Source of the DNA: Spirochaetia bacterium
GTDB lineage: Bacteria; Spirochaetota; Spirochaetia; CADAEX01
DNA length: 64,000 nucleotides
Assembly: GCA_963662795.1 (NCBI GenBank)
Contig: OY759746.1
Span: 3,200,001 to 3,264,000 of the forward strand
Direction of reading: 5' to 3'
The position numbers and the translations under genes are program-made. Shown in pieces: positions 46,885-56,142 of the stretch. The first letter of the stretch is position 1. The number at the start of each line of letters is the position of its first letter. The notes beneath the pieces are model-generated. The model worked only from the letters and a program-made list of their open reading frames with translations, was not told where the DNA came from and made no database searches.

Positions 46885-47450
46885 AACTGATTGTCTTCGG
46901 CGGAAGTTTTAATCCCCTTCACACAGGCCACCTTTTCATTGCTGAAGAAACCCGGAATGAGCTGGGCTATGATAAAGTTTTGTTTGTCCCATCCAATATT
47001 TCATCCCATAAGGATGATTTTACCGGATTAAGTCCGCAAATACGGCTTGAAATGCTTGAAGAGGGTTTAAAGAATTATGATTATTTCATGATTGATACCT
47101 GTGATATTGACCGGGGCGGAATATCCTGGTCAATTGATACAATCGAACATGTTTACCGGAATTATTCTTTTTCAGGAAAACCGGGATTTATTATAGGCGA
47201 TGATCTTCTGGAAGGATTTAAAAGCTGGAGAAATGTTGAAAAGTTGAGAAGTCTTATTGACCTTGTAGTGGTAAAAAGGAATTCCATTAAAAAAATAGAT
47301 TCAGACCTGCCTGATTACTATATTGATAACTCAATACTTCCCGTATCGTCAACAGAAATAAGAAACAGGGTGAAGCTTGGGAAGACAATCAGGCATCTTG
47401 TACCTGAATCTGTAAGATTAAAGATATTGCAAAATGGTTATTACAGATAG
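46881..47450 (+). CDS. nadD: Nicotinate-nucleotide adenylyltransferase
   Basis: FGGSFNPLHTGH, IIGDD, VSSTEIR. Confidence 0.93.
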   Translation: MKLIVFGGSFNPLHTGHLFIAEETRNELGYDKVLFVPSNISSHKDDFTGLSPQIRLEMLEEGLKNYDYFMIDTCDIDRGGISWSIDTIEHVYRNYSFSGKPGFIIGDDLLEGFKSWRNVEKLRSLIDLVVVKRNSIKKIDSDLPDYYIDNSILPVSSTEIRNRVKLGKTIRHLVPESVRLKILQNGYYR

Positions 47451-48018
47451 TTTATTGAATCAGATCGACAGTTATATTAAGGAAAACCTTTCTGAAAAAC
47501 GGTACAGGCATTCTGTATCTACTGCTGTTACAGCAGAGCAGCTGTGCCGTATATTTTCTCTTGACAGCAGAAAAGGATACCTCGCAGGTCTTCTTCATGA
47601 TATAGCGCGTGAGCTTGATATTGAAAAATTAACAAGCCTCTCGCTTAAAAACGGTGGAGCCATAAGGGATTCAGAAAAAAAACACCCGGTTCTTCTTCAC
47701 GGCCGTGCAGGCGCGGAAATGGTTAAAGAGCTTTTTAAAATAACTGACACGGAAATCCTCGATGCGGTAAGTCATCATACAACCGGAAATAAAGGAATGA
47801 GCAGCCTTGCAAAGGTAATTTTCATTGCTGACTATATTGAACCTTACCGGACTCATATTACACAGGAATATTTAAGCAGTCTTAAAGGTAAATCACTGGA
47901 CAGCATGCTGAAAATTGTTTTAAATTCGATTCTTGAATATATCAGGGAAGAATCGATGATGGTTTCTGAAATATCCCTTGAATTGCTGAAGGAGCTTGAA
48001 AATGAGAGGAAAGAATAA
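47434..48018 (+). CDS. yqeK: HD-domain bis(5'-nucleosyl)-tetraphosphatase YqeK
   Basis: KRYRHS, LLHDIA, LLHG..GA, HHTTG, ADYIEP; follows nadD. Confidence 0.88.
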   Translation: MVITDSLLNQIDSYIKENLSEKRYRHSVSTAVTAEQLCRIFSLDSRKGYLAGLLHDIARELDIEKLTSLSLKNGGAIRDSEKKHPVLLHGRAGAEMVKELFKITDTEILDAVSHHTTGNKGMSSLAKVIFIADYIEPYRTHITQEYLSSLKGKSLDSMLKIVLNSILEYIREESMMVSEISLELLKELENERKE

Positions 48019-49216
48019 AATCCTGAACCGTAATACATTTTTTCTTACTCTTATCCTGCTTGTCTTTATAGTTACCGGGTTTTTTGTCTACAGGCAGCTA
48101 AAATCAGATGATTTTATGCTGAAACTTGAAAAAAATGAATATATTGCAGTAAGCTTCAATGTCCAGAGAGATCAGAAGCTGATGTTTTCGGAATTAATTA
48201 TATTTAGTCCAAAAACACATAAGGCTGCAATCTTCAATATTCCCGGAAATTACGGCTCCATAATAGAGTCCCTTTCAAGGATTGAAAGACTGGATATCCT
48301 GTTTGATTTTAAAAAACCTGACAGGATGATTAAAAAAATTGAAAACATAACTGATATTAAAATTGATTATTTTGTAAATATTGATTCGGAAAATCTGGTC
48401 AAGGCTGTTGATATGCTGTCCGGCCTGGAAATGTTTATAGCAAATCCAGTCGAAATTATTAATGATAAAGAGATTGTCATGCTCCCTTCCGGAAGCAGCA
48501 ATCTTGATGGAGAAAAAATACTTACCTTCCTTTATGCAGAAACACTTGATGAAAATGACCCGGATCTTATAGGACGATGGCATAAGTTTGTACAGGGATT
48601 TCTCAAAAAAACCGGTGAGAAATCAGATTACCTGTCAGACAAGGAAATATTCGGAAAATATTTTTCCTGGTTTACAACAGATATGAACAAGGAATCTTTC
48701 AAGACATTTATCCATCAGATAAAAATGCTTGACAGTGAAAGAATGATACTTCAGAGAATACTTGGAGACAGAAAGAAGATAGATGACCAGGTACTCCTGT
48801 TTCCATATTATAACGGCAATCTTTTGAGGGAGACAATCAAACAGACTCTCTCATCAGTATCGAGCGAAGATATAATCAGCGATGAAGAGCTTAATGTTGT
48901 TGTAGAAATACTTAACGGAACAAATATTCCGGGCATGGCAGGAAGAACAGCCCATTTTTTTACCAATCTTGGATATGATGTAATTTCCACTAAAAATGCG
49001 GATAGAAATGATTATGAAAAGACACTGGTAATTGCAAACGGAGTAAATCCTGCAGCAGCCCAGAAAGCCGCAAATATTATCCGCTGCAACAATATAGAAT
49101 CAGGCAATGAAAGAATTGAAATAACAACCGATAATGAAAATAACTATAACCCGGGGAATAAAATTGATGTAACTATCATCCTGGGGAAGGATTTTGATGG
49201 AAGATATTGCAAATAG
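48002..49216 (+). CDS. LCP-family membrane protein with LytR C-terminal domain
   Basis: N-terminal TM helix, divergent LCP core, VEILNGT..PGMA..A...GY.V...NA, IILGKDF. Confidence 0.8.
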   Translation: MRGKNKILNRNTFFLTLILLVFIVTGFFVYRQLKSDDFMLKLEKNEYIAVSFNVQRDQKLMFSELIIFSPKTHKAAIFNIPGNYGSIIESLSRIERLDILFDFKKPDRMIKKIENITDIKIDYFVNIDSENLVKAVDMLSGLEMFIANPVEIINDKEIVMLPSGSSNLDGEKILTFLYAETLDENDPDLIGRWHKFVQGFLKKTGEKSDYLSDKEIFGKYFSWFTTDMNKESFKTFIHQIKMLDSERMILQRILGDRKKIDDQVLLFPYYNGNLLRETIKQTLSSVSSEDIISDEELNVVVEILNGTNIPGMAGRTAHFFTNLGYDVISTKNADRNDYEKTLVIANGVNPAAAQKAANIIRCNNIESGNERIEITTDNENNYNPGNKIDVTIILGKDFDGRYCK

Positions 49217-49568
49217 GAAAGAAAAAGTACTTAAAATCGCCCAATTTATTGACGAACTAAAGGCACAGGATACAACTGTTCTTGACCTCACTAACCATGA
49301 CAGCAGCTGGACAGATTTTTTTATAATTACAACTGTAAACAGCTCTGTTCAGATGAAAGGTATTTATAAAAAATTACAGGCTGAGCTTGAAGTCCAAAAA
49401 ATTGAGCCCCTGTGGCGGCATAAAAGAATTGATAACGATAAATGGGTTTTAATAGATTGTGAATATTTTGTCATTCACCTTATGGACCGGGAAAGCAGGG
49501 ATTTTTATGAACTTGAAAAACTATGGTTTAACAGCGAAATGATTTATCAATCATCAAAATCATCATAG
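49194..49568 (+). CDS. rsfS: Ribosome silencing factor RsfS (Iojap)
   Basis: KAQD..VLDL, DFFII.T, WVLID...VIHLM..E.R.FYELEKLW. Confidence 0.92.
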   Translation: MMEDIANRKEKVLKIAQFIDELKAQDTTVLDLTNHDSSWTDFFIITTVNSSVQMKGIYKKLQAELEVQKIEPLWRHKRIDNDKWVLIDCEYFVIHLMDRESRDFYELEKLWFNSEMIYQSSKSS

Positions 49569-49879
49569 CCGAGGGAATCATCAGGCTCGAAATCATCATA
49601 CTCTTCCTCAAGAATGTCATCAGAATACCCGGATTCCTCATCTTCGGACAGCAGATCGTTTATATCCTCATCTTCATCTTCATCAGGGAATTCTTCATCA
49701 TAGTCTTCAAAATCACCTGAAAAATCATCAAAATCGCTCGTAAAATTGTCAAAATTATCGTCAAAACTGCTTCCGCCCTCATCAGAATCATCTTCAGAAT
49801 CATCCGGCTCATCCAGTGAATCGTAGACATCATCAAGTTCATCAACCGGAGAAGCCTGTAAATCTTCTTTAAATATCAT
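49547..49879 (-). CDS. Small hyperacidic, probably disordered protein (110 aa)
   Basis: ATG at 49879 after AGAAGG; 54 of 110 residues are D/E by hand count. Candidate promoter TTGACA (49936-49931)-N18-TATTTT upstream. Confidence 0.7.
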   Translation of the reverse strand: MIFKEDLQASPVDELDDVYDSLDEPDDSEDDSDEGGSSFDDNFDNFTSDFDDFSGDFEDYDEEFPDEDEDEDINDLLSEDEESGYSDDILEEEYDDFEPDDSLGYDDFDD

Positions 49880-50010
49880 GATTACCTTCTTAAATATTAT
49901 ATAGTTAAAATAAAGCCTTGAATCATATAATGTCAATAAAAAGGGCAGTATATTTTTAATGATAAATACTTATCTGAACTATTACTTTTTAGATGAAAAG
50001 AAAATATTAA

Positions 50011-50038
50011 TTGAAATTCTGGAATATTGGTCTATAAT
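50011..50038 (+). promoter_or_regulatory. Sigma70-like promoter of ispE
   Basis: TTGAAA (50011-50016)-N16-TATAAT (50033-50038). Confidence 0.5.
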
Positions 50039-50087
50039 AAAGTTTATGCTGAATGGCATGTCATTTTGAAATGAGCAGAGAGTTTAA

Positions 50088-50966
50088 ATGCCAGAAATAT
50101 TAAATATTGCTTCTTATGCGAAAATCAACCTGCACCTTGACGTTGGAAACAGGAGAAATGACGGGTTTCATAATATTAATTCAATATTTCAGGCAATTTC
50201 ATTACATGATTCTATCGATATGGATATAAATGAAAATACAGACAAGTCAGAATCCATAGATAATCTTATAGAGATAAACGGGAAATTTACCTGCGCTAAA
50301 GACAAAAACCTTATATTCAGGGCCGCATCCTCTTTTATGCTGGAATCGGGACTCCGCTTCCACGTGAAGTTCAATGTTGAAAAAGTTATTCCGGAAGGCG
50401 CAGGTCTCGGCGGGGGTTCAAGCAACGCTGCCGCTGTACTGAAAAATCTATATTCACGGTTTCCCGGAGCTGCCGGCAGCAGAACCTTAACCCCGGCAGC
50501 AGCTTCTTTAGGCAGCGATGTCCCGTTTTTTCTTGATAAAAATACTGCACTGGTATCAGGACGCGGAGAAACTATAAGCTCTGTAGACATAAAGATCCCT
50601 GAATATAAAATATTACTTGTTTATCCCGGATTTAAAGTAAATACAGCACAGGCTTACAGCTGGATAGACAGTGAAAGAAACGGTAAAGAATATAGGATTA
50701 ATGAAGTTGACCTGTCTGTACTCAGTAAGAACCCCTCAGAATGGAAATTTTTCAACTCTTTTCGAAATCCGCTTGTAGAAAGGTATGATATTTATACCAG
50801 AATATTTGCTATCTATAAAAACTATGGATCAGATTATTTTAATATTACAGGCAGCGGTTCGGCTGCTTTTGGAATTTTTTCTGATATTAAAAAACTGGAA
50901 CCGGCTTATAATGAATTAACAGGATTATGTCCTGATGTATGGATAACAGATATGATTACAGGTTAG
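50088..50966 (+). CDS. ispE: 4-(cytidine 5'-diphospho)-2-C-methyl-D-erythritol kinase
   Basis: AKINLHL, IP.GAGLGGGSSNAA, LGSDVPFF, GRGE, TGSGS. Confidence 0.93.
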   Translation: MPEILNIASYAKINLHLDVGNRRNDGFHNINSIFQAISLHDSIDMDINENTDKSESIDNLIEINGKFTCAKDKNLIFRAASSFMLESGLRFHVKFNVEKVIPEGAGLGGGSSNAAAVLKNLYSRFPGAAGSRTLTPAAASLGSDVPFFLDKNTALVSGRGETISSVDIKIPEYKILLVYPGFKVNTAQAYSWIDSERNGKEYRINEVDLSVLSKNPSEWKFFNSFRNPLVERYDIYTRIFAIYKNYGSDYFNITGSGSAAFGIFSDIKKLEPAYNELTGLCPDVWITDMITG

Positions 50967-51015
50967 CCCTGACGGAATAACTTGATTTTGAGCCATGAAC
51001 TTTAGGAGGGTTTTT

Positions 51016-51273
51016 ATGGAAATTACTGACATCAGAATACGAAAAGTGGAAGCTGGCGGAAAGTTAAAAGCTTATGTAACTGTAACTTTTGACAATTGCT
51101 TTGTTGTTCATAACCTTAAAGTTATAGACGGAAAGGGCGGAACATTTATAGCTATGCCGAGCAGAAAAACCAAAACCGGAGAGTATAAGGATGTCGCTCA
51201 CCCTATTCTTCCTGATTTCCGGTCCCAGCTGCAGGACAAAATACTTGAGGAATTCAATAAACAGGAGCCCTGA
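51016..51273 (+). CDS. spoVG: SpoVG family nucleic-acid-binding protein
   Basis: [45 protein letters not shown] follows AGGAGG. Confidence 0.95.
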   Translation: MEITDIRIRKVEAGGKLKAYVTVTFDNCFVVHNLKVIDGKGGTFIAMPSRKTKTGEYKDVAHPILPDFRSQLQDKILEEFNKQEP

Positions 51274-51373
51274 TTTTTTTCCTGCAATTACAATGATCTG
51301 TAAAAAAAGGAATAATATAACACCGCACTATAGAAAAAAAATAAACAATAATGTAGTATGACGGGGGATTGAT

Positions 51374-51445
51374 TGGGACGTCGGCAAGTGGTAAGCCAAC
51401 GGTTTTTGGTTCCGTCAAGCGCAGGTTCGAATCCTGCCGTCCCAG
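51374..51445 (+). tRNA. tRNA-Gln(TTG)
   Basis: Acceptor TGGGACG/CGTCCCA, D-loop AAGTGGTAA, anticodon loop TTTTGGT, T-arm GCAGG-TTCGAAT-CCTGC. Confidence 0.93.
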
Positions 51446-51508
51446 AAAATTAATACAGGTAAATATCCTGGAAAAAGCAAGATTTTAAATATGCGTAAGG
51501 AGAATCTG

Positions 51509-52135
51509 ATGGAAGTTAATACTCTGGAGGTAAAAACCAGAACAGCTCTAAAAAAATCTGCGAGCAAACAAGCAAGAAAAGAGGGGAATATACCGGCAGT
51601 TGTATATGGTCATGGCAGCCCCAGACATATTGTAGTCAGCGAACGTGAATTTGAAAAAAAATTCCACACAGTATCTGAAAATACAATTATTTCACTTATA
51701 GAAGCTGAAAAAAAGATCTGTGATGTCCTTATCAAGGATTATCAGGAAGATCTTAGAACTGAATCAATAAAACACATTGATTTTTTCGAAGTTGAAAGCG
51801 GTAAATTATTGAAAACCCGTGTACCTGTTGTTGTAACCGGTAATTCAATCGGTGTTAAAGCAGGTGGTCTTATGGAACAGCTTGTTCATGACATCGATGT
51901 GGAATGTCTTCCTGTAAATATACCTGAGAAAATTATTATTAATATCGATGCGCTTGATATCGGTAAGTCAATTCACTTAAAGGATATTGATAAAATTGCC
52001 AATGTAAAATTTACCGGTCTGGAAGATACTGTAATTGTTCATGTTGTTCATGCAAAAGCAGTAGTTGAAGAGGTACCGGAAGAAGAAGAAGTTGAAGGTG
52101 CAGTGGCGGCAGAAGAAACAGCCAAGGAAGAATAA
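51509..52135 (+). CDS. rplY: 50S ribosomal protein L25 / general stress protein Ctc
   Basis: R..G.IPAVVYG, HIDFF, GVKAGG, acidic tail. ATG 51509 follows AAGGAG. Confidence 0.95.
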   Translation: MEVNTLEVKTRTALKKSASKQARKEGNIPAVVYGHGSPRHIVVSEREFEKKFHTVSENTIISLIEAEKKICDVLIKDYQEDLRTESIKHIDFFEVESGKLLKTRVPVVVTGNSIGVKAGGLMEQLVHDIDVECLPVNIPEKIIINIDALDIGKSIHLKDIDKIANVKFTGLEDTVIVHVVHAKAVVEEVPEEEEVEGAVAAEETAKEE

Positions 52136-52136
52136 A

Positions 52137-52715
52137 CTGCGGATAGCTGTAATTGGACTTGGTAATCCTGGCCCTGAATATGTCTCAACAAGGCATAATG
52201 CGGGGTTTTTAACAGTTGATTTATTAAGTCAAAAACTTGATATCAAACTGAAAAGAAGCCTTTTTTCAAATTATTATTTAGGCAAAGGGGTTTATATGGG
52301 AGAAGAAATATCCCTTATAAAACCCCTTACTTATATGAACAGGTCAGGATTGATTATTGGATCAATAACAGGGCGCAGAAAGATAGCAATGTCCGATGTT
52401 ATTGTAGTGTGTGATAACATGGACCTTCTTCCTGGAGTCGTAAGATTAAAAAAGGGCGGAGGAGATGCCGGTCATAACGGGCTTAAGTCTATTATCAGTC
52501 ATTCCGGATCAGGGGATTTCAACCGGTTTTATATTGGAATAGGCAGACCTTCCAATCAGGAAGAAGTAAAGGATTATGTTCTTGGTGTTCCCGGTAAAAA
52601 TGAATACCCTGAATTTATGAAAGGAATCAATCTGGCCGCGGATTTTATTTTGAAAATTGTAAGTTCATCCCCTGAACAGGTTATGAATGAAGTCAACAGA
52701 ATCAAAAACAGATAA
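52137..52715 (+). CDS. pth: Peptidyl-tRNA hydrolase
   Basis: GLGNPG.EY..TRHNAGF, KPLTYMNRSG, GHNGLKS, IGIGRP. Start uncertain: CTG at 52137 follows the rplY stop and AAGGAAG. Confidence 0.92.
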   Translation: MRIAVIGLGNPGPEYVSTRHNAGFLTVDLLSQKLDIKLKRSLFSNYYLGKGVYMGEEISLIKPLTYMNRSGLIIGSITGRRKIAMSDVIVVCDNMDLLPGVVRLKKGGGDAGHNGLKSIISHSGSGDFNRFYIGIGRPSNQEEVKDYVLGVPGKNEYPEFMKGINLAADFILKIVSSSPEQVMNEVNRIKNR

Positions 52716-54111
52716 AATAGTAAATAAAGCAGATAGTCTGCTGTCCTGTTATTTTTTAAATAACAAATCAAACAGCATTCTTACGGCATTTTCCGCCGGT
52801 CCTGACTCGACAGTACTGCTTGATGTTCTTTTCCGGCTTAAAGATAAATACAGGATAAAGCTGGCAGCTGCCTACTATAATCACTGTCTGCGGGAAGAAT
52901 ATGAAATCGCGGATGAAATGGAGACTGCATCCGCTTACTGCAGCTCAAGGGGGATTGAGCTTTATCTGGGTGAAGATTCAGAAGGTTTTATAAGAGAAAA
53001 ATCACCTGATTCCGGGATAGAAGCTGCGGCAAGAACTGCAAGATATGCATATCTGAACAAAATTGCCGATGGTGAACAATTTGACTATATTGCCACCGCA
53101 CATACCATGGATGACAATATTGAAACAATAATCATGAGATTTTTTTCAGGAAGCGGTCCTGAGGGGCTGAAAGGAATTGCTGAAAACGCAGGAAAATTGA
53201 TAAGGCCTCTTCTTGGAGTAAAAAAAGAAGAAATCATGGAATATCTTGATGAAAACAATATCAGATATTCAGTTGATTCTACAAATAAAAAAAATGAATA
53301 TCTGCGGAACAGGGTAAGAAATCAGCTTATCCCGTCAATAAAGAGTGTTTTTCCCGGATTTGAAAACTCTCTTCTGGACCTCTCCGGAAAAATGGCTTTA
53401 GCTGACGGCTTTACTGCAGACGAAACTTATAAAAGAATAACCTGGGAAAAAAAAGGTGACCACCTCGAAACTGATTTCAGAAATTTCATGAGTCATCCGC
53501 CGTACATAAGAATTAAGGCTTTATATAATGCTTTTAATATCACAGATGATAATGACAAGAGACTATCCTATAAATTTCTGAAGCCTGTAACCAGGGATAA
53601 TATCGATTTAAAGAGTCCTGTGATACTTGACGGCCATTCCTGCAGGCTCGAAAAACTAGGTAACTCCCTTTTTTGGAAAACTGATATTGTAATTCGAAAT
53701 AAAAATAGTTATCTTTTAACTATCAAAACAGGCGGGGAATATAAGCTGCCTGTAAGTTATTCAGGGGAAAGTATTTATATTTCAACAAATATTGTTAACA
53801 GATCTCAATGCGGAAAAGATGATATCTGGTTGCCGGTAAATAAAGTATCTGGTAGTATTCAGATAAGAAGCAGAAAACCTGGAGACTGCATAATTACTTC
53901 CAATGGAAGCAAAAAACTTAAAAAACTGTTCCAGGAAGCAGGTATTGACAGAGATATCAGGGATTTAATACCGGTTATCTGCGATAACAGCGGTATTTTG
54001 GCAATATGGGGATCTGTTTTTAATAATAAAAACAGGATTGCCGGCAGGATTAAAGATTCCGGCAGTAATGAAAATACAGATGTGATATTATTTAAATCAA
54101 GGCAGGGGTAG
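52687..54111 (+). CDS. tilS: tRNA(Ile)-lysidine synthase
   Basis: SAGPDS PP-loop, EAAARTARY, AH..DDNIET, IRPLL, RNRVR, KKLKKLF. Confidence 0.93.
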   Translation: MKSTESKTDKIVNKADSLLSCYFLNNKSNSILTAFSAGPDSTVLLDVLFRLKDKYRIKLAAAYYNHCLREEYEIADEMETASAYCSSRGIELYLGEDSEGFIREKSPDSGIEAAARTARYAYLNKIADGEQFDYIATAHTMDDNIETIIMRFFSGSGPEGLKGIAENAGKLIRPLLGVKKEEIMEYLDENNIRYSVDSTNKKNEYLRNRVRNQLIPSIKSVFPGFENSLLDLSGKMALADGFTADETYKRITWEKKGDHLETDFRNFMSHPPYIRIKALYNAFNITDDNDKRLSYKFLKPVTRDNIDLKSPVILDGHSCRLEKLGNSLFWKTDIVIRNKNSYLLTIKTGGEYKLPVSYSGESIYISTNIVNRSQCGKDDIWLPVNKVSGSIQIRSRKPGDCIITSNGSKKLKKLFQEAGIDRDIRDLIPVICDNSGILAIWGSVFNNKNRIAGRIKDSGSNENTDVILFKSRQG

Positions 54112-56142
54112 ATGGCAGACAATAATATAGACAACAGGGAAAACAAGGAAGACAAAAACAACAATAATCCTAAAAAAAACAACTCAGGAAACGGCGGTCC
54201 GATTAAATATAATTTCGGAAATAACAGATTTGCCCTGTTTTTTCTCGTGACCCTTATAGGTCTTTTTCTTGTTATGTTTGTTTTTAATGATACAGGCGCG
54301 ATTAAGGAAATATCATATACAACCTTTATGGGCTATGTAGAGGAAAACAGCATTGAAAGCCTTAAAATATATGATAACCAGGAAATCCAGGGGAATATAA
54401 TTGGTGTAAACGGAAAACTGGTTCCGTTTAAAACCCGCATCCCTTACTATGATGATAACCTCCTTGTCGTACTGAAGGATAAAGGGATAAAAGTCACAGG
54501 TGCGGTAAAAAACGTATCAACCTACAGGCTCCTTATTGATCTTATACCCTGGGTAATAGGTTTTGGATTTATCTGGTTTATGTTCCGTCAGATGCAGGGC
54601 GGCGGCAATAAAGCCCTGAGCTTTGGAAAGAGCCGTGCCAAAAGATACATGGACAGCGACAAGAAATTTACCTTTGCAGATGTCGCAGGACAGAAAGAAG
54701 CCAAGTTCGAACTGGAAGAAGTAGTGGATTTTCTTAAAACCCCCGGTAAATTTACAAAAATCGGGGCAAAGATACCGAAAGGTGTCCTTCTTGTCGGTAT
54801 GCCGGGAACAGGGAAAACCCTTATGGCAAAGGCAATTGCGGGTGAAGCCGGTGTGCCTTATTTCCATATGTCAGGTTCTGACTTTGTTGAAATGTTTGTC
54901 GGAGTCGGCGCAAGCAGGGTAAGAGACCTTTTTGAACAGGGGAGAAAGAATGCCCCCTGTATACTTTTTATAGACGAGCTTGACGCTGTAGGAAGAACCA
55001 GAGGTGCAGGATACGGCGGCGGGCATGATGAGAGGGAACAGACACTGAATCAGATGCTTGTTGAAATGGATGGTTTTGACACCAAAGACGGAGTTATTAT
55101 TCTGGCAGCGACAAACAGGCCGGATGTTCTTGATCCTGCCCTGCTGCGGCCCGGAAGATTTGACAGGCAGGTAGTTGTAGACATGCCTGATATCGGCGAA
55201 CGTGAAGAAATACTTAAAATACATGCAAAGAAAATACCGGTTGCGCCGGATGTAGATCTTAAAAGAATTGCAAGGGCAACTCCCGGAACATCGGGGGCTG
55301 ATATTGCAAACCTTGTAAATGAAGCAGCACTTTTTGCTGCAAGGAAAGACAAGAAATTTGTAACTATGCTTGATTTTGAAGAGGCAAGGGACAAGGCGCT
55401 TCTGGGTGTAGCCAGAAAATCAAGGGTTATTTCTCCGGAAGAAAAGGCTGCTACATCATATCACGAAGCAGGGCACGCCCTTCTTCATTATTTTCTTGAA
55501 AATGCAGATCCTCTTCACAAGGTTACTGTTATTCCACATGGCAGGGCTTTGGGTATGGCTCTTTCTCTGCCGGAGAAGGAAATCTATTCGAGGAACAAGG
55601 GATGGCTTCTTGACAGGATTAAAATAGCTCTTGGCGGGTATGTTGCCGAGACCATAATTTTTAACCACACAACTACAGGAACCCAGAATGATTTGAAACA
55701 GGCTACACAAATTGCAAGAAAAATGGTCTGTGAATGGGGTATGAGTGAAAAAATCGGCCCTGTAGCGTTAGGACAGGAAGATGAGCCTATTTTTATCGGA
55801 AAGGAAATTGCACAGCACAAGGACTATTCAGAAGATACTGCCCGTACAATAGATATGGAGATAAGTGTCATCATAAAGGGATGCCTTAACGAGACGATGC
55901 AGATACTTACTGAAAACAGGGATAAGCTTAATCTGCTGGCAGATACTCTTATTGCAAAAGAAACTCTTGATGACTATGAAATAAGACAGCTGCTTGATAT
56001 AACTTACAGAAACAAGAATATAATAATTGAAAGCAATGAATCGCCTTTTAATTCAGAAACCGGTTTTATGCCTGGCGAAGAACCTGAAAATAGCGGGAAG
56101 GATAATGAAAACATTAAATCCGAAGGTAACGAAAAGGAGTAG
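54112..56142 (+). CDS. ftsH: ATP-dependent zinc metalloprotease FtsH
   Basis: Two TM helices, [27 protein letters not shown]. Confidence 0.98.
   Translation: MADNNIDNRENKEDKNNNNPKKNNSGNGGPIKYNFGNNRFALFFLVTLIGLFLVMFVFNDTGAIKEISYTTFMGYVEENSIESLKIYDNQEIQGNIIGVNGKLVPFKTRIPYYDDNLLVVLKDKGIKVTGAVKNVSTYRLLIDLIPWVIGFGFIWFMFRQMQGGGNKALSFGKSRAKRYMDSDKKFTFADVAGQKEAKFELEEVVDFLKTPGKFTKIGAKIPKGVLLVGMPGTGKTLMAKAIAGEAGVPYFHMSGSDFVEMFVGVGASRVRDLFEQGRKNAPCILFIDELDAVGRTRGAGYGGGHDEREQTLNQMLVEMDGFDTKDGVIILAATNRPDVLDPALLRPGRFDRQVVVDMPDIGEREEILKIHAKKIPVAPDVDLKRIARATPGTSGADIANLVNEAALFAARKDKKFVTMLDFEEARDKALLGVARKSRVISPEEKAATSYHEAGHALLHYFLENADPLHKVTVIPHGRALGMALSLPEKEIYSRNKGWLLDRIKIALGGYVAETIIFNHTTTGTQNDLKQATQIARKMVCEWGMSEKIGPVALGQEDEPIFIGKEIAQHKDYSEDTARTIDMEISVIIKGCLNETMQILTENRDKLNLLADTLIAKETLDDYEIRQLLDITYRNKNIIIESNESPFNSETGFMPGEEPENSGKDNENIKSEGNEKE

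Noticed and set aside
49560-49850. TCATCA/TCTTCA-rich quasi-repeats that could suggest a tandem array or CRISPR
   Set aside because: Explained by Asp/Glu codons of the acidic ORF on the minus strand; there is no repeat-spacer periodicity.
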